Positions 41,425-48,270 are shown, counted from the stretch's first letter. The stretch is DNA of 49,830 nt from a virus (IMGVR_UViG_3300046832_000948:1-49830); one strand, 5' to 3'. Notes: a model not told the origin generated them from the letters alone. Numbers and translations: made by a program.

Positions 41425-41451
41425 AAAAAAAGTCCGCATATAGCGGACTTT
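41425..41451 (-). terminator. Rho-independent terminator after ssb
   Basis: AAAGTCCGC-TATAT-GCGGACTTT continuing into a T7 run. Confidence 0.8.
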
Positions 41452-41455
41452 CATG

Positions 41456-41863
41456 TTAGTCATCTGCAAATGGATCATCTATATCATCTACTTTTAATTG
41501 ACCAGCTGGCTTAGGATTTGGCGGACTACTATTTAATCTGCTTTCAATCTCTTCTTTCTTACTATCAAGTAGTTGCCAATTGTCAATAATGATTTTAACC
41601 GTCTGTTGCTTTGCGCCTTCCTTGTTTACGTATTGCTCTAGTTGTATTTTGCCAACAATACCTAATAGGCGACCCTTAGTTGCATATTCAGCAAGCGCGT
41701 CACCACCTTGACCAAATGCAACACACGTAAAGAAGTCAGTCTCTTTCTCTCTTCCTTTTCGATCTACTGCAAGTCGCACGTTGCAAATAGATTTTCCATT
41801 AGGTGTTTGACGAGACTCCGGGTCCGCTACTAAACGCCCAACAATTGTGCACTGATTAATCAT
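41456..41863 (-). CDS. ssb: Single-stranded DNA-binding protein
   Basis: MIN....VGRLVADPE.R.T.NG, ETDFF, KGRL.GI.G.I, acidic tail IDDPFADD. Confidence 0.95.
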   Translation of the reverse strand: MINQCTIVGRLVADPESRQTPNGKSICNVRLAVDRKGREKETDFFTCVAFGQGGDALAEYATKGRLLGIVGKIQLEQYVNKEGAKQQTVKIIIDNWQLLDSKKEEIESRLNSSPPNPKPAGQLKVDDIDDPFADD

Positions 41864-42503
41864 TCTTTTCTCCTAAATGGTATTTCTCAAACGCTTTTGT
41901 AGTATTTGGAAGCACTTTACATAAAACATTCCAGCAATCTGTAGCAATTTCACGGTGTTCTTGCTGTGTATGGCTATCCATGCGCACTCTACAGTAGTGC
42001 AACCAGTCTCTTACAGTGCCTTTCATATACATTCTAGTGCCTACGCATAATGGAAGTACCATTCTTGCTGACTCTAAAGCAACTCCAGACTTTACAAGGT
42101 CGTCATAAGCTCTTATTGCTACCAATACAGGAGCAAGGGCCTTGTTGTCCATTTGAAATTGTGTCTCTGGATCGTCAAACATCAAGCTACTTTGACGATT
42201 AGTGCTACCTTTACGGCGCATAACAGGAAGATCTAACTCAATCTTGCTTGGGTTTGCGTAACGTTGGCTAAATTCTTGGAAATGGAAGCTTCTATGACGC
42301 AATATTTGCGCTGCAATAGCTCTAGATGTGTAGATTTCCATGACTACATCTGACATCTGGAACACAGACCAATGTTCTTTCCTCATACAGTAGTTTAATA
42401 ACTTGACGTAATCAGGATTATCCTCATTATCCGATGATACTCGTGCAAGATGAACCATGAATTCTTCAGCATCAGGCTGAATATACTTAAGTGTAGCTGC
42501 CAT
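41856..42503 (-). CDS. thyX: Flavin-dependent thymidylate synthase (215 aa)
   Basis: RHRSFHFQEFSQRY (RHRx7S), HWSVFQ, ESARMVLP, HTQQEHREIA; start re-assigned to ATG 42503 with GGAGG SD. Confidence 0.95.
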   Translation of the reverse strand: MAATLKYIQPDAEEFMVHLARVSSDNEDNPDYVKLLNYCMRKEHWSVFQMSDVVMEIYTSRAIAAQILRHRSFHFQEFSQRYANPSKIELDLPVMRRKGSTNRQSSLMFDDPETQFQMDNKALAPVLVAIRAYDDLVKSGVALESARMVLPLCVGTRMYMKGTVRDWLHYCRVRMDSHTQQEHREIATDCWNVLCKVLPNTTKAFEKYHLGEKND

Positions 42504-42513
42504 CTTTCCTCCA

Positions 42514-42594
42514 TACCCCAGACGGGAGTCGAACCCGTACACCTTGCGGTAACAGATTTTAAGTCTGTCGTGTCTACCGTTCCACCACCGGGGC
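42514..42594 (-). tRNA. tRNA-Leu (anticodon TAA), no encoded CCA
   Basis: Acceptor GCCCCGG/CTGGGGT, anticodon arm ACAGA-CTTAAAA-TCTGT, long variable arm, GGTTCGACTCC T-loop. Confidence 0.93.
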
Positions 42595-42603
42595 TGATGG
42601 CCT

Positions 42604-42633
42604 ATTGTACCATAATGTAATACATGGTATATT
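42604..42633. promoter_or_regulatory. Candidate back-to-back extended -10 promoters with central palindrome ATGTA-A-TACAT
   Basis: Minus: TGG-TACAAT (42612-42604) upstream of tRNA-Leu. Plus: TTGTAC-17 nt-TATATT with TG extension. Confidence 0.55.
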
Positions 42634-42707
42634 ACTCATGAAACGCGATGATATCTTAAAAGTCCGCCCATCATGCCACTATAGCGACAGTTAGGACGAG
42701 CGAATCT

Positions 42708-42736
42708 AAAGGCCCCTTCACAGAGGGGCCTTTTTT
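42708..42736 (+). terminator. Rho-independent terminator (probably bidirectional)
   Basis: AAAGGCCCCT-TCACAG-AGGGGCCTTT-TTT; longer T run on plus strand; abuts HNH stop on minus strand. Confidence 0.75.
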
Positions 42737-42992
42737 ATTTTACTGATCTATCGCTGTTTCGTTGAAATGATCTATTGGCAGATGGACTCTTTAATATCAA
42801 ATTACTCATTGAGTTTGAACCACCTTTAGATAGTGGTTTCTTATGATCTATGTCTTTCCCTGTACGGTCAATTCCCTTGGCATCCATAGTTCTACGAGCG
42901 CGTTGCCTATCCATGCGTAATGGGTGCTCGCCACGAGCTTTTTGCTGAGCGTATTCTTTCTTGTATGGCCTAGCTTTATTTACGTAAGGCAT
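42735..42992 (-). CDS. Small HNH endonuclease (85 aa)
   Basis: DIDHKKPLSKGGSN..SNL......ANRS. Confidence 0.85.
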   Translation of the reverse strand: MPYVNKARPYKKEYAQQKARGEHPLRMDRQRARRTMDAKGIDRTGKDIDHKKPLSKGGSNSMSNLILKSPSANRSFQRNSDRSVK

Positions 42993-43239
42993 CGTTATCT
43001 CCTTTGTGCTCTATTATCTCAATTCCATCTAACTGAGATAATCTCCACATGGCGTAATACTTCGGAATACTATTCTTGTCTAACTCATCATCGGATATGT
43101 CGCGCTCTTTACACCATTTACGGAAATTCAAATAACTTCCATAGTCAGTAATCTTTTGATAGATGAACATAATGCCACTAGCAATTATGATTCCTACTAG
43201 AACTGAATCAAGTTGCATCTGTGATAATAGCTGTTGCAC
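42976..43239 (-). CDS. Hypothetical single-TM protein
   Basis: VLVGIIIASGIMFIY hydrophobic segment; start uncertain. Confidence 0.6.
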   Translation of the reverse strand: MQQLLSQMQLDSVLVGIIIASGIMFIYQKITDYGSYLNFRKWCKERDISDDELDKNSIPKYYAMWRLSQLDGIEIIEHKGDNDALRK

Positions 43240-43603
43240 GTACTACTTTCCTTGCTGATTTACTTCCACCTGAATATGGAACAGCAAGCCCATCGCGGAC
43301 TAACTGTTCGTTAAGTGTGCAATACCCCTTGTCGCTGCGTACAGTGACCAACCTGCGCCCATACTTGTCTGCCTTAGCTTCTACTTGGATTGTAAATTTT
43401 TCAAGCCTAGCTGCTGCATCATCAAACCAGAACTTGGCTTCTAGGACACATTTCTTCCCTTCCGCCGTTGTTTTCTCCGGTGTATCAATTCCGTGGAGCC
43501 TACAATGCTGATCCACCATCCAGATGCCAAAACCAAGATCGATATCACAAACAAAAGTATCGCCATCAATGACTCGTTTAAACTTGATTCCGTATTCATA
43601 CAT
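43208..43603 (-). CDS. Thermonuclease (staphylococcal nuclease family), 131 aa
   Basis: RVIDGDT...IDLGF, RLHGIDTPE, DKYGR, LNEQLVRDGLAVPY; start ATG 43603. Confidence 0.92.
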   Translation of the reverse strand: MYEYGIKFKRVIDGDTFVCDIDLGFGIWMVDQHCRLHGIDTPEKTTAEGKKCVLEAKFWFDDAAARLEKFTIQVEAKADKYGRRLVTVRSDKGYCTLNEQLVRDGLAVPYSGGSKSARKVVRATAIITDAT

Positions 43604-43609
43604 GTGTTG

Positions 43610-43618
43610 ATTATAACA
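43610..43618 (-). promoter_or_regulatory. Extended -10 promoter TGTTATAAT giving a probable leaderless mRNA
   Basis: TATAAT-CAACAC-ATG, no SD. Confidence 0.65.
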
Positions 43619-43649
43619 AAAAAGACCAGCGTGACAGGGCTGGTCTTTT
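43618..43649 (-). terminator. Rho-independent terminator
   Basis: AAAAGACCAGC-CCTGTCAC-GCTGGTCTTTT continuing into a T6 run. Confidence 0.8.
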
Positions 43650-43724
43650 CTGTTTGCAGAGTTTGAGTATGTCGGACAGAAGAGGAGTTTTCTGCTTTCT
43701 ATACAAAGCTCACCTCTCGGTGGC
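43618..43724 (-). ncRNA. Candidate ~107-nt small regulatory RNA
   Basis: TGG-TATTAT at 43739-43731, 5' CACC-GAGA-GGTG hairpin, GCTTT/AAAGC hairpin, AAACTCCTCTTCT stretch, intrinsic terminator; no ATG inside. Confidence 0.5.
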
Positions 43725-43809
43725 AAAAGAATAATACCACCATACGGGAGAAAGAGTAAGGACCGTACGGTGGCATCATCTTCCCCAGTGCGTTTACGTG
43801 CATGGGGGA

Positions 43810-43881
43810 CTCCTACTGCTGGGATCGAACCAGCGACCATCCGGTTAACAGCCGGAGGCTCTACCACTGAGCTAAGTAGGA
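43810..43881 (-). tRNA. tRNA-Asn (anticodon GTT), no encoded CCA
   Basis: Acceptor TCCTACT/AGTAGGA, D-arm GCTCAGTGGTAGAGC, anticodon arm TCCGG-CTGTTAA-CCGGA, GGTTCGATCCC. Confidence 0.95.
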
Positions 43882-43887
43882 AAACTG

Positions 43888-44073
43888 TCAGTTAGCTTTA
43901 TTAGCTATAGTCCGTAGGTAGTCCGTGTAATGCTCTATCGCTCTTCTCACGAACCAGCTCCGATTCCGCTTCCCTGCATATGCCTCTATACTCGCTAACA
44001 TCTCCGGTGTTAGGCGTAGTACCAACATAGCTGGAAAGTTTAATGGACGTATCCGCTTGGGATTGTTCTTCAT
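43888..44073 (-). CDS. Ribbon-helix-helix (Arc/CopG-like) DNA-binding protein (61 aa)
   Basis: LVLRLTPEMLASIEAYA...NRSWFVRRAIEHY; GGGAG SD before ATG 44073. Confidence 0.72.
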   Translation of the reverse strand: MKNNPKRIRPLNFPAMLVLRLTPEMLASIEAYAGKRNRSWFVRRAIEHYTDYLRTIANKAN

Positions 44074-44311
44074 GTTGTGCTCCCGGCAATAGGTTTTTAC
44101 ACACGCTAAGTACAGTGTCTGCATAGTCAGTGTTTTTTGTAATAGCGTACGCTAAAAACCACAGTGCCTTTAATACATCGTCATCGTAATTAGAACCACT
44201 CTTTTTGCCAGCCCTTGCAATGTAAGCAAGAGCCGTAAAAAGATATCGGTCAAGGTTCCAAGCGTCAGCTGCGTGTACAGGCTGTAACTTACTCTCGTTG
44301 TAATACGCCAT
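43901..44311 (-). CDS. DUF3310-like (SaV / T7 gp1.7-like) protein, C-terminal extension overlapping RHH gene
   Basis: ALAYIARAGKK....DDVLKALWFL resembles the family KY..RAGKK...EDL.KA.WYL; AGGAG SD. Confidence 0.6.
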   Translation of the reverse strand: MAYYNESKLQPVHAADAWNLDRYLFTALAYIARAGKKSGSNYDDDVLKALWFLAYAITKNTDYADTVLSVCKNLLPGAQHEEQSQADTSIKLSSYVGTTPNTGDVSEYRGICREAESELVREKSDRALHGLPTDYS

Positions 44312-44312
44312 A

Positions 44313-44768
44313 CTATACTCCTGTAGATCCAAATCCACCAGAACCACGTGTGGTTTCAAACAACGATCCCGACTCAACCACTACAGGCTCACACATACAC
44401 ACAGGAGCAATAACGAGTTGCGCTATGCGCATCCCCGGCACAAACACAAACGTGTCATCACTCATGTTCTTGATAATGACCTTTATCTCACCTGTGTAAT
44501 CTGCATCAATCGTGCCGGGGCTATTTAAGACCACTATGCCGTGCTTATATGCCATTCCGCTACGAGTACGCACCTGCGCTTCAAAGCCTTTCTCTAGCTT
44601 GATTTTCATGCCTGTAGGCACTAATACAATCTGATCTGGGCGAACAGGCACAGTCTTCTCGCCGATGTACTGTAGATCTATGCCTGACGCTTGTTCTGTA
44701 GCACGTCGTGGATCAAATAGATACTCACTAATGCTATTACCGCAATAAATAATTTCAAGGTGCGTCAA
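44313..44768 (-). CDS. dut: Trimeric dUTPase
   Basis: All five motifs: ASGIDL, RSG, GTIDADYTGE, RIAQLV, RGSGGFGSTG. Confidence 0.96.
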   Translation of the reverse strand: MTHLEIIYCGNSISEYLFDPRRATEQASGIDLQYIGEKTVPVRPDQIVLVPTGMKIKLEKGFEAQVRTRSGMAYKHGIVVLNSPGTIDADYTGEIKVIIKNMSDDTFVFVPGMRIAQLVIAPVCMCEPVVVESGSLFETTRGSGGFGSTGV

Positions 44769-45031
44769 CCTTGTTCACCCTCTTCACCGTCTGCGTCTAC
44801 AAAACAAACAATACTGTCAAGCGCCAGCATCAAAAAGTCGATTACAAAACGAGCTGGAACCTTTACTCCGTCGTTACGGAGATTAGCACAGTGCTGCGCA
44901 GCCTCAACTAACGACAGGTTGGTTACATAAGCTGGATCCTCATCCTTGCGCTTTACTGTCACAGAGTAGCCAGCTGTAGCACTCTGCTGCACAGTTACTT
45001 CACTGTCATTACCGTGGGTCAACAAAAACAT
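44765..45031 (-). CDS. Hypothetical protein (88 aa), first gene of leftward unit
   Basis: GAGGTG SD before ATG 45031; stop overlaps dut start. Confidence 0.65.
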   Translation of the reverse strand: MFLLTHGNDSEVTVQQSATAGYSVTVKRKDEDPAYVTNLSLVEAAQHCANLRNDGVKVPARFVIDFLMLALDSIVCFVDADGEEGEQG

Positions 45032-45180
45032 GGCACACCTCAATATATGTATAACATATGGTACCACAATTGTATGGGACCCTTTTTCTACGCGGGTAAA
45101 TGTGTTTCTCCGATGGGAGAAATAGTATAGAAGATAGAGAGAATATATCTGTCGGAGTCACAACTAACTATCGATTGAGA

Positions 45181-45218
45181 GGGCAGGGGGTTGCGGGTGG
45201 GTGGGCGGTGGGTGGGGG
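45181..45218 (+). other. G-tract cluster with G-quadruplex potential
   Basis: GGGCAGGGGGTTGCGGGTGGGTGGGCGGTGGGTGGGGG: seven runs of three or more G. Confidence 0.7.
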
Positions 45219-45301
45219 TCGGCCATGGGCTATCTAAGCAACAGCTGCAAGCTGCCACCTCATGTGTGTCGGTAGCGTGCAGTTCGCTCCCGGCGGATGC
45301 G

Positions 45302-45332
45302 GAGCGGGTGAAACGAACGGGTTCACCCGCTC
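45302..45332. repeat. Perfect 11-bp inverted repeat
   Basis: GAGCGGGTGAA-ACGAACGGG-TTCACCCGCTC. Confidence 0.9.
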
Positions 45333-45349
45333 TTATTCGTTTCCGTTCG

Positions 45350-45379
45350 TTTAGTTGGGTTTAGTTGGGTTTAGTTGGG
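45350..45379 (+). repeat. Three perfect tandem copies of TTTAGTTGGG
   Basis: Read directly; 10-bp period. Confidence 0.95.
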
Positions 45380-45405
45380 TTCACCGATACTTGGAGGTAT
45401 CAACA

Positions 45406-45747
45406 ATGTCTACGTCAATCGTTCGCGCTTTTCTCGCTCATGCCAATGAAACAGGTTTGCCTATCGCCCGTGATGCGGCAATCAAGATGAAACAGTCGGA
45501 AATCGGCGAGATTCGCGCCGCCCGTCTGGGTTCCGACGCTATCGAGGCGGCACGTCAAAAGTCTGTCAGTGTGTGCAAGAAAGTAGTCACCGACTACTAC
45601 ACTGACGGCTACACCGACTTGGAGCACATCACCGATGCTATGCGTGTGCTTGCAGATGCATGGGGCAAGGGCATCGAGAAGGTCGATGTTCCAGAGTCGG
45701 TCAAGGTGGCCAACTCGGAACTGCTGGCTTGGAGGAAGACCCTCTAA
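45406..45747 (+). CDS. Hypothetical protein (113 aa), first gene of rightward (probably early) unit
   Basis: GGAGGT SD, ATG 45406, C/G-ending codon bias, own terminator. Confidence 0.8.
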   Translation: MSTSIVRAFLAHANETGLPIARDAAIKMKQSEIGEIRAARLGSDAIEAARQKSVSVCKKVVTDYYTDGYTDLEHITDAMRVLADAWGKGIEKVDVPESVKVANSELLAWRKTL

Positions 45748-45754
45748 TCCACAC

Positions 45755-45787
45755 ACTACCCGGTACACCAAACCGGGTAGTTTTTTT
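45755..45787 (+). terminator. Rho-independent terminator
   Basis: ACTACCCGGT-ACACCAA-ACCGGGTAGT-TTTTTT. Confidence 0.85.
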
Positions 45788-45801
45788 ATCAAAAATACAT
45801 T

Positions 45802-45835
45802 GGGGTACTCGTGGCGACGAGTGCCCCTTTTCTTT
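45802..45835 (+). terminator. Second tandem terminator-like hairpin
   Basis: GGGGTACTCGT-GGCG-ACGAGTGCCCC-TTTTCTTT. Confidence 0.75.
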
Positions 45836-45852
45836 GTTTTATGGAGTTTATT

Positions 45853-46047
45853 ATGACCGTTCGACAACTTGAATATCAGCGTGAAAAACTACGCAATCAA
45901 TCCTTTCGTCACATGATGCTTGAGCCTGTTATGGGTACTGAGGCACATACTGCTTGGTATGTGAAGTTATTAGACATTGAAGACACGCTTATTGCTGTTG
46001 AGAATACGTTGTTGTTGGAGCGCAAGGCGCAGAAGGTAGGTGCATGA
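45853..46047 (+). CDS. Hypothetical protein (64 aa)
   Basis: GGAG SD, ATG 45853, ATGA coupling to next gene. Confidence 0.7.
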   Translation: MTVRQLEYQREKLRNQSFRHMMLEPVMGTEAHTAWYVKLLDIEDTLIAVENTLLLERKAQKVGA

Positions 46048-46391
46048 TGTTGTTTGCTGTATACGTTTGGTCTGTCGTTTGTTCGTTGTTGTGGCTCGTG
46101 GCAGTCATTGAGATGATTGTCACTCGTGGTCATGGTGTCATTGGGCGAGACATCTTCCTTGGGTCGATGGTGCTCTGGGCCATCCTTGCAATCATTGGTA
46201 TTGCCAAGGAGTGCTGGCCATGGGTAAAGCGCAACGGTGTTGTGCTGTTCCAGATATTTGGATGGGCTGTCGTGTGTGGTGGTTTGTACTTTGCACATGT
46301 GACTGCACAGGCTGACCTTGAGCGTCAGCATCAGGTTGAGATTGAAAACATGCGCCATGACATGTATGTGAACAATGAGGTGACACGATGA
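46044..46391 (+). CDS. Hypothetical membrane protein (115 aa, 3 TM)
   Basis: Three hydrophobic segments; coupled start/stop. Confidence 0.7.
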   Translation: MMLFAVYVWSVVCSLLWLVAVIEMIVTRGHGVIGRDIFLGSMVLWAILAIIGIAKECWPWVKRNGVVLFQIFGWAVVCGGLYFAHVTAQADLERQHQVEIENMRHDMYVNNEVTR

Positions 46392-46594
46392 TTGGAAAAG
46401 ATGGGTTGTTTCGTACCACGTTTTACCGTGGTGTTCGTAGTGTTGGTGGCAAGCGCAAGCATGTCACTATCAGCATGATTGGTGACCGCTCGTTCGAGTT
46501 CACCATTGGGCGTTTCTTCCCTAGTGTGCACGTTGCACATTGGATTGGTGGGACGCTTGAGGAGTTCATCGACACCACGCTTGAGTGGATGTGA
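46388..46594 (+). CDS. Hypothetical protein (68 aa)
   Basis: GAGGTGA SD; ATGA coupling. Confidence 0.65.
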   Translation: MIGKDGLFRTTFYRGVRSVGGKRKHVTISMIGDRSFEFTIGRFFPSVHVAHWIGGTLEEFIDTTLEWM

Positions 46595-46641
46595 TGTTAG
46601 CGAGGGGTGCGACTCGTGAACGCACACAGAAGGAGACTGCT

Positions 46642-46878
46642 ATGGCAGCAAAGCAAAAAGCTGGTGCATCCAGCAAGCAATGGGTACTGCGTACCCCAAC
46701 GATGTCCGCTCATACCACGCTGATGTGTGTAGAGCCTGATGATGTGAGCGATGCGATGCTCGCTGAGTTGGAGCGCGAAGAGTTGATGGATCACAAGATC
46801 TACGTCACCTCGCCTGATGACCGCCTGCTGGCGTTGTACAGCGGAAGCCGGTCACGCTCCATTCGCGGGAAGTTCTAG
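46642..46878 (+). CDS. Hypothetical protein (78 aa)
   Basis: AAGGAG SD before ATG 46642; followed by terminator. Confidence 0.65.
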   Translation: MAAKQKAGASSKQWVLRTPTMSAHTTLMCVEPDDVSDAMLAELEREELMDHKIYVTSPDDRLLALYSGSRSRSIRGKF

Positions 46879-46882
46879 TGGT

Positions 46883-46907
46883 GAGGGCGAAAGCCCTCCC
46901 TTTTTTT
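46883..46907 (+). terminator. Rho-independent terminator
   Basis: GAGGGC-GAAA-GCCCTC, then CC and T7. Confidence 0.75.
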
Positions 46908-46935
46908 ATTTTTATTTGGGTCAAGGAGTTTAGTC

Positions 46936-47517
46936 ATGAAAGATATTGATATCTGTTTCAACGGAAACATCGTTAATGAAAGCGGACGACAAAGTATCAT
47001 CGGTCACATCAAGACCATGTTGCTTGAGACGCTTTATCGACGCACCTACTTCTGGTCAATCGTTAACCAGAAACCATATAAAGATGACTACGAAACGAGC
47101 GATGCTCGTATGTATTTTCAATGCGCAATGGTCTGCGTATTAAAACAAGAGTGGGACGAAGCGCTGTCGTGGTACACGATGGGCAGCCGGTGTTTTACTT
47201 CTGGCAGTGTGTTGTTTGATGACAACATCGACATCCAGTGTGACTACAATCACCAGACCGAACACTACGATGTGTGTGTTAAGGCTTGGATTAACACCAT
47301 GTACGGCAGCAAGCAAGAGCTGCATCAGGTTGGTGACATGTGGGTTAGTGACCTGCACCGCACCGACATGACTGGTCACGATGTAGCAGACCGCATGTCC
47401 GTGTTGCGTGATGAATGGTTTGAGGTCGTTAAAAAAGAACGCGACCAGATTATTGCCAATGAGGCAGCAATCAAAGAGTTCCGTGCATCGCTTGGTAAGT
47501 ATGAAGGAGACGTTTAG
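46936..47517 (+). CDS. Hypothetical protein (193 aa)
   Basis: AAGGAG SD; long ORF. Confidence 0.75.
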   Translation: MKDIDICFNGNIVNESGRQSIIGHIKTMLLETLYRRTYFWSIVNQKPYKDDYETSDARMYFQCAMVCVLKQEWDEALSWYTMGSRCFTSGSVLFDDNIDIQCDYNHQTEHYDVCVKAWINTMYGSKQELHQVGDMWVSDLHRTDMTGHDVADRMSVLRDEWFEVVKKERDQIIANEAAIKEFRASLGKYEGDV

Positions 47518-47519
47518 TT

Positions 47520-48008
47520 ATGCCGAAAAACAAATGGGGTATGGAGATGAAACCCGCGCTTCCCATCACAGTACCAACTGTATGGGTTGCAAGCATGAAA
47601 GAGGTTGATGAAGACCACGAAAGTCATTGGACTCTCATATGCTGCAGTCAAGACTACGATGTAGCATGGAAGGCATTTATTGATAGCCTTCCTGACCAGA
47701 TCGAGCACTGGTCAATGCGATACCACTACTGGAATCAGGAACGGTACGACAAAGTATTGGAAATCGTACCTTTGCTGCCGACATATGGCTGGCTCATGGT
47801 CAGCTCTGCAACGTTTGGCAACTCAGATCGTCCTCTGTATGACTTGCACAGAAACTACAGCAATGACGTGGTTGAAGGCGAAGAGGTACCTCTTACGTTC
47901 GAGCAGAAAGAGCAGTTGTATAAACTACTCGGCTCGACGTGGGACTGTACGTCCAGCTCACATGTCACATATAACTTTGAGCAAGTCGCAATGATTCCAA
48001 TCGGTTAA
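47520..48008 (+). CDS. Hypothetical protein (162 aa)
   Basis: AAGGAG SD; tandem arrangement. Confidence 0.72.
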   Translation: MPKNKWGMEMKPALPITVPTVWVASMKEVDEDHESHWTLICCSQDYDVAWKAFIDSLPDQIEHWSMRYHYWNQERYDKVLEIVPLLPTYGWLMVSSATFGNSDRPLYDLHRNYSNDVVEGEEVPLTFEQKEQLYKLLGSTWDCTSSSHVTYNFEQVAMIPIG

Positions 48009-48018
48009 GGAGTTTAAT

Positions 48019-48270
48019 ATGTTAATCAGATCGCCCGAACGGGCGTTACTTATCATGAACGATATAGCCACGTTAACTCGTGGCTATGTTCGTACATTGT
48101 CTAATGGGACACACAACACCTTTATTAAAGTTACGTCAATCAATGGTGATATTGCACTTTGGTCACACGACATTGATGATTGCGAAATCGTAGTCATCCG
48201 TGACAACCCTAACGTTAAACAATATCTACTTAATCTAGAAAAACGCAGACAACTAAGGAGAATGCTATGA
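48019..48270 (+). CDS. Hypothetical protein (83 aa)
   Basis: AAGGAG SD. Confidence 0.68.
   Translation: MLIRSPERALLIMNDIATLTRGYVRTLSNGTHNTFIKVTSINGDIALWSHDIDDCEIVVIRDNPNVKQYLLNLEKRRQLRRML

Noticed and set aside
42504-42542. N-terminal extension of thyX in the ORF track
   Set aside because: Overlaps tRNA-Leu; ATG 42503 has a GGAGG SD.
42638-42694. 18-aa plus-strand micro-ORF MKRDDILKVRPSCHYSDS
   Set aside because: ATG lies only 4 nt after the -10 box, probably upstream of +1, and has no SD.
43604-43867. 88-aa N-terminal extension of the nuclease ORF
   Set aside because: Runs through tRNA-Asn, hairpins and a terminator; family similarity starts at MYEY.
45350-45379. Telomere-like interpretation of (TTTAGTTGGG)3
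   Set aside because: Only three copies, internal, in a phage gene leader; no telomere-maintenance gene seen.
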